From an uncultured Chloroflexia bacterium (GTDB taxonomy: Bacteria > Chloroflexota > Limnocylindria > Limnocylindrales > CSP1-4), in assembly GCA_963833705.1 (NCBI GenBank), contig CAWHYQ010000002.1:398266-462265 (forward strand): 64,000 nt of DNA. The letters are read 5' to 3'. Every line of letters starts with the position of its first letter. Position 1 is the stretch's first letter. Positions 19,896-28,285 of the stretch are shown piece by piece. A model generated the notes under the pieces. It was not told the origin of the DNA. It searched no databases and worked only from the letters and a program-made list of their open reading frames with translations. Both the position numbers and the translations under genes were made by a program.

Positions 19896-21724
19896 TCAGC
19901 GCAGGAGGCGACGGCGGACTTCACCCAGGCTGTCGAGGATGAGGATGATGCCCAGCGCCAGCAACCCGGCGAGGAGCACTTCGCGCAGGTAGGCGACGGC
20001 CAGGATGAGTGTCGACAGCATGGCAAGCACGACCGTGATCCTGAGCACCAGCTCCATCACGTTGCGATCGAAGAACGATTCGATCGCGAGGTACGACCCG
20101 AGCATCACCACGATCGCCAGCGGCGCGGGCAGGATCCGGAACCAGACGATGACCGCGAGCGCTGCGATGAGCAGCCCGACGCTGACCGCTGCCCACGCCT
20201 CACCGAACGCTCGCTGCCGTGTGACCGAGGGCGGCTCGGGTTCCGACGCGTGATGGAGATGGAGCCGTGGGTCATCGAGGTGGCCGGCTCGCAGCGCGGC
20301 CAATCGATCATGGCTGGCGGCGATCGCGGTCCCGAGCTCGACCTCCTGGAGGCGGAGGGCGGTCCGCCGTTCCTCACCCTCATGGAGCTCCACCGCGCGC
20401 GTTTCCCGGTAGTCCGTGAGGCCGGCCGTCGTCCGCACCGCGGCCACCTCGGAATCGAGCTCCGGTAACGAGATGGTGAGGGCCTCGATCTCGGCTGCGA
20501 CGGACGCCCGGGTCGCGGTCAGTTCGGCGACCCGCGTCTCGAGGACCGCGACCGCCTGTGAAGGTGGTGCGATCTTGCCCAGCCCGGCGAACCCGAGCGG
20601 GTCGTGCCACGACTGCCGGACGGAGCCGCTCCGCGTGTACTTGGGACCGGCGGGGGCGCGTTCGCCGGCGAACCGGTCGCCGGTGTCGAGGCCCCACAGC
20701 CCCCGGTAACGGTCGACCCAGCCGTCCAAATCGCCGATGAGGATCGGCGTCCACTCGACGTCGCCACCGGGACCGACGACCTTGCCGTCGCCTCGGGCGT
20801 AGTCGACGAACGGAACGCTGAGGGCACGCCGTGCCCTCGCCGCGAGATCACCCGGGTCGGGCTGGGCGAGCGTGTCACGCCAGACCCGACGCAGGAGGTC
20901 GAGGGGCCCGCGGATGTTCCGCTCGCCCGGGAACGGCAGCAACATGATGTATTCGCCGCGTTCGAGATAGGTCGCGTGGGAGCCCGCGCCCGGGTACACG
21001 ACGGGATGTCCCTCGATGGGTCTCCATGCGCGGGTCGTCCCAGCGCCGCCGAAGGTCGTCGCCCTTCTCGTCGTGCGCCGCCGCGCAGAACCAGGCGGGT
21101 CGCATCGTTCCGTCGTCGAGCGCCTCGAGGACCACGAAGCACTGCTCGAGGTCGGCCTCGTGGTCGTTGGCGCCCTCGAAGGTGGAGCGCCAGTCGTTCA
21201 TGGCGTAGAAGAACATGTAGTGCAGGACGACCCAGCGGCCCTCGCGGACGACCCGACCGTGGTAGACGACCCGCGGGTCGCGAGCCTGGATCTCGTCGTA
21301 GCGTTCCGAGGCCGCAGCTGCGGTACCGCCGGGCACGCGGCCGCGCAACAGCAGCGACGTGACGAGTCCGGCGTCGACGAGCCGCGCCGGCCAGGCCAAC
21401 GCGAGCGAGGCGACCTGGGGCGGAGAACCGCTGATGTTCCGGACGACCCTGCCAGCGACGCAGTTCGAGGGCGGTCAGGGGCTGCGGGACGAATCGAAGG
21501 AACTGGGCCTCGCCGGGCGGCGGATCGCCGACCGCCGCCAACCCGTCGAGATCGAGTTCGCCCGCCGGGATCGTCACGCGCGCCTCGCGCAGGTTCGGTC
21601 CGGTCAGGAGGTCGCACGCCTCGACGTATGAGCCCGCGGCCATCGGAAAGAACAACTCGCCGTCGGTGAACCGGAGGACGGGTTCGTGGCGCCTGAGCAG
21701 ATCCAGGTCCGTCGGGGTGTTCAT
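19896..21724 (-). pseudogene. large conserved hypothetical protein (Vps62/DUF946-like N-terminal region, coiled coil, C-terminal multi-TM), two frameshifts
   Basis: Three consecutive frames read through coherently. The first is MNTPTDLDLLRRHEPVLRFTDGELFFPM...GRLAR (frame of ORF 20519..22159). The second is AWPARLVDAG...VVLHYMFFYAMNDWRSTFEGANDHEADLEQCFVVL...WDDPRMET (ORF 20875..21399). The third is GHPVVYPGAGSHATYLERGEY... to the stop at 19896 (ORF 19896..20999). Breaks lie at about 21400 and about 21015. Confidence 0.6.
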
Positions 21725-22086
21725 GACGTTGCGACCATGCCTCGCAGGGCCAGCCGTACGTCGCGCTGGTTGAGATAGAACACGGCGATGCTGTTGAGGA
21801 GCATCGAGCCGTAGCGCGGCTCGCCGCTCCACCACCAGCCGAGGTCGATGGCGAGGATGATCCCGGACGACACGATCGCGAGGACCCACGCCCATTCCCT
21901 GCGCGCGAGGAGGCCGACCATGACCAGGACGCTCGCGACGAGCAATCCGAGGAGCAAGACCCGAGCGATGAGCTCGAAGTCGGATCCGGGTGGCGGCTGC
22001 GGCAGGGGTGAACCGCTGCGCACCCAGTCCGCGAGGGGGCCGCCCTGGAGATCCACCAGCGCCGCGATGATCGTCACGCTGCGCAA
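21721..22086 (-). CDS. small membrane protein
   Basis: ORF 21721..22086 has 3 hydrophobic segments and its stop overlaps the downstream ATG (ATGA at 21721-21724). There is no recognisable family. Confidence 0.45.
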   Translation of the reverse strand: MRSVTIIAALVDLQGGPLADWVRSGSPLPQPPPGSDFELIARVLLLGLLVASVLVMVGLLARREWAWVLAIVSSGIILAIDLGWWWSGEPRYGSMLLNSIAVFYLNQRDVRLALRGMVATS

Positions 22087-22200
22087 TGCGGTGAGGAGGA
22101 CGATGACGAGGATCCCGAAGGGATATCCGCGACCTGACCTGGCGGGCAGTCTGTGTCACGGGGTCAGGCTAGCAGGGGGCGACCCGCCGAGTAGGCCATC

Positions 22201-23154
22201 TCACCGCGCGGGAGCGACGACGGAGATCGCGCCGGGCACCACGGCGGCCTCCAACCTGGCCGGCGGATGATGGTCGCCGTCCGTCTCGATGGGCTGGGCC
22301 GGTTCGGCCTCGATCGAGACCTCCTGGACGGACCGCCGGATCACGCTTCCCTCGAGGTCGCCCGTCGCGAGCATCAGGGTCGCCGTGCCGTGGAGCGCCG
22401 CCAATGCATCGCTGCCGCCGAGGACGATGAGCTCGAGGCGGCCGTCCGTCGGATCGATCGGCTGACGCGGCCCGATGCGACCCGGGATGAGCTCCCCGGC
22501 GTTGGCCACGAGGGCGAGATGACCGGCGATCTCGATCGTCTCGCCATCGGCAACGATCCGGAACTGCGCGGGCGTGAGGCGCACGAACTCGCGGACCGCC
22601 GCGCCGACATAGGCCCCGAACCGCAGCCGCCGCTTCCATTCCTGTTCGGCGGCGGCCATGATGCGGGCGTCGAGGCCCATCCCGCACGCGACGGTGAAGA
22701 TCCGCTCGTGCGACCCATCCACGACCGGACGGCCATCCGCCAACTCCCACCATCGGGCGAGCCCGAGGTCCAGCCGCAGCGCTCGTCCTGACCGGATCGC
22801 GTCGAGGCCGGAGCTGACGCCACGGATGCCCAGGGCACCAGCGAGGACGTTCCCGGTCCCGGCCGGGATGATGGCCAACGGTGTCTCACGACCGACCAAC
22901 GTGGCAGCCGCCTCGCGGACGGTCCCGTCACCGCCGACGACGACGACCAACGGCGCGTCCGTGGCAGCGAGCAGGGCCTCGCGTGCGGCCTCGACGGAGC
23001 CGTCCTCGATCCGCGGGTCGGTACCGAACCGGCGCCGGATGGCGCCCGATACGGCACGCACCATATCCTCGCGCCGGACCGGGTCGGCCGCCCGCGACGC
23101 TCGCGGGTTGACGATGACGAGCGGTATAGCGGACGTCACGGGGACGGGTGACAT
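22201..23154 (-). CDS. diacylglycerol/lipid kinase family protein (YegS/BmrU-like)
   Basis: ORF 22201..23154 has VVVVGGDGTVREAA and IIPAGTGNVLAGALG motifs. Confidence 0.85.
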   Translation of the reverse strand: MSPVPVTSAIPLVIVNPRASRAADPVRREDMVRAVSGAIRRRFGTDPRIEDGSVEAAREALLAATDAPLVVVVGGDGTVREAAATLVGRETPLAIIPAGTGNVLAGALGIRGVSSGLDAIRSGRALRLDLGLARWWELADGRPVVDGSHERIFTVACGMGLDARIMAAAEQEWKRRLRFGAYVGAAVREFVRLTPAQFRIVADGETIEIAGHLALVANAGELIPGRIGPRQPIDPTDGRLELIVLGGSDALAALHGTATLMLATGDLEGSVIRRSVQEVSIEAEPAQPIETDGDHHPPARLEAAVVPGAISVVAPAR

Positions 23155-23449
23155 CGTCCGATCCTAGGGCCTTCGCCGCCTCGTCGCCTGCACGTTCGGT
23201 CGATCCCGGCTAGACTCCGCCCCGCCGATCGACCCCCAGGCCACATGGGAACCCGGAAAACTCGAACAGCGCCCCGTTCGCACGGCTCCCCGAGCCACCG
23301 TTCCGGCTACGTCCCATCGTGTCGGCACCCTCCTGAACCCGGCCCAGGCCGGTTCGCCATGTCCGTCCGTGCGTGCCCGCGGGGCGTCACCGCCGTCATG
23401 CCTCCGCGTGACGTCCTGGCAGGAAGGAACTCCATTGTTGACACGTCGC

Positions 23450-24213
23450 ATGGGCGCACGAGCGTTCATCCCGGCCGCCCTCGCGGGGGCCATCCTCCTC
23501 GGCCTCGCCCCGTCCACCCCGGCCGCGGCCGCCGAGCCGAAGACCACCGAAGCGCAGCAGATCATCACGATCGCCAGGGCCCAACTGGGTGACCACTGGC
23601 GTCGCGGCGCGACCGGACCGCGCGTCTTCGACTGCTCCGGCCTGGTCATCTATGCGTACCGCAAGGCCGGTGACGCCAAGGTGATCCGCTATGGCCACCT
23701 TCGGTCGGCGTATGCGCTGTACCGCTACTTCGGGCCCACGGGCTCGCCAGCCGCACGAACCCGAAGCCCGGCGACCTCGTCATCTGGGGGCGCGGTTCGC
23801 ACGTCGGCATCTACATCGGCGGCGGCAAGGCGATCAGCACCCTGACCAACGGTGTCCGCATCCACCGCGTCCACGCGGTCCGGGCGACGTTCACCGCGTA
23901 CCTCCATACGGGCATGTCGCTCATGGTCGCGGTGCCGGCGCCGGCCAAGTCGGTCGCCGCGAGCGCCAAGGCTCCGGCGGCGGCGACGAAGAAGTCGGCC
24001 GCCAGCGCGACGACCCACACCTGGGTCCGCCACATCCGCGGCGCGGTCAACCTGCGACGCGGTCCGGCCACCACGTCCGCGCGGCTGACGACCCTCCGGA
24101 ACGGGACTCGCCTGGTCATCTTCGGCCGGCACGCGGACGGCCACGGTCGCGTCTGGTACCACGTCCATGCCGCCGGTCGCACGGGTTGGGTCGCCGGTTG
24201 GTTGACTCGCTAG
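23450..24213 (+). pseudogene. NlpC/P60 peptidoglycan endopeptidase with a C-terminal SH3-like domain, one frameshift
   Basis: It has a signal peptide MGARAFIPAALAGAILLGLAPSTPAAAA and the catalytic Cys in FDCSGLVIYAYRKAG (frame of ORF 23369..23845). After about 23722 the sensible reading continues in the frame of ORF 23914..24213: RAHGLASRTNPKPGDLVIWGRGSHVGIYIGGGKAIS...GRVWYHVHAAGRTGWVAGWLTR. Confidence 0.75.
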
Positions 24214-25745
24214 TCGTCCAGCCCTGTCACGGTTTGGGGCGCGAGCCGGCTCGTCCCCCAGGAGGCCTCGCCCGTCCACGTGACGGTCGGGGCCTTCGCT
24301 CGTTCGGGCATGCCGGCCGCGTCGACGGCTGCCGCACACCGCAGGATGGCCGCCGCCGATCGGTCGATGTCGTCCTCGGTCGTCTGCCAGCCCGAGACCG
24401 ACACGCGCATCGCGGCCCGGCCGGCCCACGACGTCCCTCCCAGCCAGCACGTCCCGTCGCGCTGCACCGCGTCGACCACTGACCGAGTCCGGGCGTCACC
24501 GGCCGCGGCGTCACCCGCCGAGCCGTCACCCGCGCCCCGGCCCTCGAACCGGACGAGGACCTGGTTGAGCACGACGTCGTTCAGGATCGACACGCCAGGC
24601 CCGGCGGCGAGGCGTTCGGCCATCCGGCGAGCCAGCGCGCAATCGCGCTCGATGAGGTCGACGAGGCCGGCCCGACCCAGCGATCGCAGGGCGGCGAGGA
24701 CCGCGAACCCGCGCGCCCGGCGCGACGACTCGGGCACCCAGTTGTAGGGGTCACGTTCGGCGCCGGTCGTCTCGACGTAGTACTCGGCACCGAGCGTCAT
24801 CGCGCCGTGGTGGGCCGCCACGTCCCGGACGAAGACGAGCCCCGAGTCGTATGGCACGTTCAGCCACTTGTGGGCATCGGTCGACCACGAGTCGGCCGCA
24901 TCGTGGCCGCGCATCCGGTCGCGCAGCGAGGGCACGGCTGCTGCCCAGATCCCGAACGCACCGTCGACATGGACCCAGGCACCACGCTCGTGGGCGATCT
25001 GGACGACCTCGTCGAGCGGATCGAATGCCCCGGTGTTCACGTTGCCGGCCTGGCCACACACGATGGTCGGGCCGTCGACCTCCGCCAGAGCCGCGCGAAG
25101 CGCATCAGGGCGCATCCGGCCCTGCTCATCGGCGTCGATCCGGCGACTCCATTCGCTGTCGCGGCCGAGACCCAGCATCTGTAGTGCGGCGTAGACCGTG
25201 ACATGGGTCCCGCCGTGGCTGATGACCGTGACGGGTGGAGCGCCCTGGAGCCCCCGGCGTTCGACATCCCAGCCGTGCCTGGCGAGGACTGCGCGGCGGG
25301 CCGCGGCGAGCGCGGTGAAGTTGGCCATCGTGGCGCCGGTGACGAAGCCCACGCTCGTCGACGGCGGTAGTCCCAGCAGGTCGATCAGCCATGCAGCAGC
25401 CACTTCCTCTGCGACTGCGGCGGCCGGCGACATGACGTACATCGCCGCGTTCTGATCCCACGCGCTGGTGAGCCAGTCGGCCGCAAGCGCCGCCGGCAGG
25501 CCGCCGCCGATGACGAAGCCGAAATAGCGCGGGCCGGCAGTCGCGACGAGGCCCGGATCGGCCGATGCCGCGAGCCAGTCGATGACCTCGGCGGGATCGG
25601 CCGGACCGTCTGGGAGAGCTCCACCGAGGGCCCGCCGGAGCGACTCGAGGTCGACCGGCGCAGCCACGGGGCGGGTGGACAGTGCGTCGAGATAGGCCGC
25701 GGCCCGCGATGCCGTCGCCGCCAGGAGTTCGGGCGTTCCGGCCAC
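24210..25745 (-). CDS. PLP-dependent group-II decarboxylase family protein
   Basis: ORF 24210..25745 has GATMANFTALAAAR, VHVDGAFG and STDAHKWLNVPYDSG (PLP lysine). It overlaps the 3' end of the convergent NlpC/P60 gene by 4 bp. Confidence 0.85.
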   Translation of the reverse strand: MAGTPELLAATASRAAAYLDALSTRPVAAPVDLESLRRALGGALPDGPADPAEVIDWLAASADPGLVATAGPRYFGFVIGGGLPAALAADWLTSAWDQNAAMYVMSPAAAVAEEVAAAWLIDLLGLPPSTSVGFVTGATMANFTALAAARRAVLARHGWDVERRGLQGAPPVTVISHGGTHVTVYAALQMLGLGRDSEWSRRIDADEQGRMRPDALRAALAEVDGPTIVCGQAGNVNTGAFDPLDEVVQIAHERGAWVHVDGAFGIWAAAVPSLRDRMRGHDAADSWSTDAHKWLNVPYDSGLVFVRDVAAHHGAMTLGAEYYVETTGAERDPYNWVPESSRRARGFAVLAALRSLGRAGLVDLIERDCALARRMAERLAAGPGVSILNDVVLNQVLVRFEGRGAGDGSAGDAAAGDARTRSVVDAVQRDGTCWLGGTSWAGRAAMRVSVSGWQTTEDDIDRSAAAILRCAAAVDAAGMPERAKAPTVTWTGEASWGTSRLAPQTVTGLDD

Positions 25746-25804
25746 GTTGTCACCTCCCCGTGTAAGCGGCCGGCGACGCGACCGTTCGAGCCTCAGATGC
25801 TACC

Positions 25805-26224
25805 GTGACCGGGACAGCTGTCGAGGAGGCACCCATGGATCACGCGGCCTTCGGCGCCTGGCTCGCGCGCTACGTCGACGCCTGGCGACTCAACGATCCG
25901 ATCGCCATCGGCGACCTGTTCAGCGCCGATGTCCGATACGCGTACGACCCGTTCGAGGAGGCCGTCGTGGGGCGGGCCGCTATCGTCGCGTCCTGGCTGA
26001 CCGACCCCGACGTCCCGGGGTCGTGGGAGGCCGATTACGAGGTCCTCGCTATCGACGGCGACACCTTCGTCGCACACGGTCGGACTCGCTATCTGACCGA
26101 CGATCGATCGGCCGTCGACCGCGAATTCGCCAACATCTTCGTCTGCCGCTTCGACGCCGAAGGCCGTTGTCGGGAGTTCACGGAGTGGTACATGCGGCGC
26201 AGGCCAGAAGCGGTCCCCGACTGA
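25805..26224 (+). CDS. SnoaL/NTF2-like domain protein
   Basis: ORF 25805..26224. FGAWLARYVDAWRLNDPIAIGDLFSADVRY... is typical of the NTF2-like fold. Confidence 0.6.
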   Translation: MTGTAVEEAPMDHAAFGAWLARYVDAWRLNDPIAIGDLFSADVRYAYDPFEEAVVGRAAIVASWLTDPDVPGSWEADYEVLAIDGDTFVAHGRTRYLTDDRSAVDREFANIFVCRFDAEGRCREFTEWYMRRRPEAVPD

Positions 26225-26301
26225 CGGCGCGCCAATTCTCGGTAGGGTGAGCGTGAGGTGTATCTTCTGGCATCTTCGAGCCATCTAACGCTTCGAGCGA
26301 G

Positions 26302-27165
26302 GTGACGCGCGACATGCCCCGAAACGTCCGCGGCGCGCTCGTCCAGGCCAGCTGGACGGGCGACAAGGAATCGATGATCCAGAAGCACGAGCAGCGCGCT
26401 CACGAGGCCGCCACGCAGGGCGCCCAGTTCATCCTGTTCCAGGAACTGTTCTACGGGCCGTACTTCTGCCAGGTCCAGGACGCCCAGTACTACAGCTACA
26501 CCGAGCTCATCCCCGACGGTCCGACGACCAAGCGGATGCAGGATCTCGCCAAGTCGACCGGGATGGTCGTGATCGCGCCGATGTACGAGGAGGACGAGAA
26601 GGCCTCCGGGATCTACTACAACACCGCCGCGGTCATCGACGCCGACGGCAAGTACCTCGGGAAATACCGCAAGACCCACATCCCGCACGTCAAGGGCTTC
26701 TGGGAGAAGTTCTACTTCCGGCCGGGCAACCTTGGGTACCCGGTCTTCGAAACCGCGGTCGGCAAGGTCGGCGTGTACATCTGCTATGACCGGCACTTCC
26801 CGGAGGGCGCCCGGGCGCTTGGCCTGAACGGCGCGGAGATCGTGCTGATCCCGAGCGCCACCTCGCGCGGATTGTCCGAGTACCTGTGGCGGATCGAACA
26901 GGTCAGCCACGCGGTCGCCAACGGGTACTACGTCGGCACGATCAACCGGGTCGGGATCGAGGCCGACTACGGCGACGACGACTTCTACGGCCAGAGCTAC
27001 TTCGTTGACCCGCGTGGCCAGTTCGTGGGCGACGTCGGGAGCGCCCATGACGAGGAGTTGATCGTCCGCGACCTCGACCTCGACCGGATCACGGAGGTCC
27101 GGAACACCTGGCAGTTCTTCCGCGACCGACGACCCGACGCCTACGAGGATCTCGTCCGACCGTAG
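26302..27165 (+). CDS. carbon-nitrogen hydrolase, beta-ureidopropionase (N-carbamoyl-beta-alanine amidohydrolase) type
   Basis: ORF 26302..27165; the ATG at 26314, with a GAGG Shine-Dalgarno, is the more likely start. It has FQELF, YRKTHIP and VYICYDRHFPE (Glu-Lys-Cys triad context). Confidence 0.85.
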   Translation: MTRDMPRNVRGALVQASWTGDKESMIQKHEQRAHEAATQGAQFILFQELFYGPYFCQVQDAQYYSYTELIPDGPTTKRMQDLAKSTGMVVIAPMYEEDEKASGIYYNTAAVIDADGKYLGKYRKTHIPHVKGFWEKFYFRPGNLGYPVFETAVGKVGVYICYDRHFPEGARALGLNGAEIVLIPSATSRGLSEYLWRIEQVSHAVANGYYVGTINRVGIEADYGDDDFYGQSYFVDPRGQFVGDVGSAHDEELIVRDLDLDRITEVRNTWQFFRDRRPDAYEDLVRP

Positions 27166-27184
27166 AACGCGCTATCATCCGCGC

Positions 27185-27218
27185 CGGCTCGGCCGTCTGG
27201 AGGAGGACGGCCGAGCCG
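27185..27218 (+). terminator. 13-bp-stem hairpin followed by CTTCGTTTCCC, between beta-ureidopropionase and the LLM oxidoreductase
   Basis: The sequence is CGGCTCGGCCGTC tggaggag GACGGCCGAGCCG. It could act as a terminator or as an attenuator. Confidence 0.4.
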
Positions 27219-27243
27219 CTTCGTTTCCCGAAAGGCACGTCTC

Positions 27244-28251
27244 ATGCAGTTCGGATTCACGCTCAAGCCCGATCACACCCTCGATCGAACGGTCGCCCTG
27301 ACCCGCCAGGCCGAGGCCGCGGGCTTCGACTACGGCTGGCTGTTCGACTCGCACGTCCTGTGGCGCGAACCGTACGTGCTGCTGACCCTGATGGCCCAGG
27401 CCACGACACGGCTGCGCCTCGGCACGTGTGTCACGAACCCGGCCACGCGCGAGCCTTCCGTGACGGCCTCCGCGCTTGCCGTCCTCAACGAGGTGTCGGG
27501 CGGCCGGATGGATCTCGGGATCGGGCGCGGCGACTCGGCCCGGCGCGTGCTGGGCAAGCCACCGACCACGATGGCCACCCTCGAGGAGGCGATCGTCGTC
27601 ATCAAGGCCCTCGTCGAGGGCCGGGCGATCGAATACGAAGGGGCCGAGCTGCGTCTGCCCTGGACGGGGTCATGGACGCTGCCCGTCTGGGTCGCCGGCT
27701 ACGGCCCCATGGCGCTCGCGATGACCGGTCGCGTCGCCGACGGGATCATCCTGCAGTTGGCCGACCCCGACCTCATCCGCTGGTTCGTCTCGCAGGTGCG
27801 TGAGGCGGCCGAGGCGGCGGGGCGCGACCCCGGCTCGATCAAGGTCCAGGCCGCGGCGGCGGCGTACATCGGGCCGCGTGAGCTCGGTCGGGAGCGGACA
27901 CGCTGGTTCCCGGCCCTCGTCTCGAACCATGTCGTGGACCTCGTCAACAAGTACCCGCGCGAAGCGTTGCCAGCGAGCCTGACCGGCTACATCCGCGACC
28001 GATCCGGCTACGACTACCAGCACCATGCCGAGGTCGGTTCGTCGAACGCCTCGTTCGTGGGTGACGAGGTGACCGATCGTTTCTGCGTGCTCGGATCGGC
28101 CGCCGACCATCTCGTCAAGCTGCGCGAACTGGCGGCGGCCGGGGTCGACCAGTTCAACGTCTACCTGATGAACGGCGACGAAGAGGCCCAGCTCGAGGCC
28201 TATGGCCGCGAGATCATCCCCGCGCTCCGGGACCTCGACGCGGCACGATAA
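27244..28251 (+). CDS. luciferase-like monooxygenase (LLM) class, probable F420-dependent oxidoreductase
   Basis: ORF 27244..28251. MQFGFTLKP..., GTCVTNPATREPSVTASALAVLNEVSGGRMDLGIGRGDS and VWVAGYGPMAL match the LLM/F420 TIM-barrel pattern. Confidence 0.8.
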   Translation: MQFGFTLKPDHTLDRTVALTRQAEAAGFDYGWLFDSHVLWREPYVLLTLMAQATTRLRLGTCVTNPATREPSVTASALAVLNEVSGGRMDLGIGRGDSARRVLGKPPTTMATLEEAIVVIKALVEGRAIEYEGAELRLPWTGSWTLPVWVAGYGPMALAMTGRVADGIILQLADPDLIRWFVSQVREAAEAAGRDPGSIKVQAAAAAYIGPRELGRERTRWFPALVSNHVVDLVNKYPREALPASLTGYIRDRSGYDYQHHAEVGSSNASFVGDEVTDRFCVLGSAADHLVKLRELAAAGVDQFNVYLMNGDEEAQLEAYGREIIPALRDLDAAR

Positions 28252-28285
28252 CGCCTGCGGTATCGCCCGTCGCTACCATGCCCCG

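Noticed and set aside
23164-23649. ORFs 23164..23649(-) and 23245..23592(+) covering the NlpC/P60 leader.
   Set aside because: Both give Arg/Pro/Gly-rich translations and overlap the well-supported NlpC/P60 signal peptide and catalytic region. The region is better explained as a non-coding leader (see finding).
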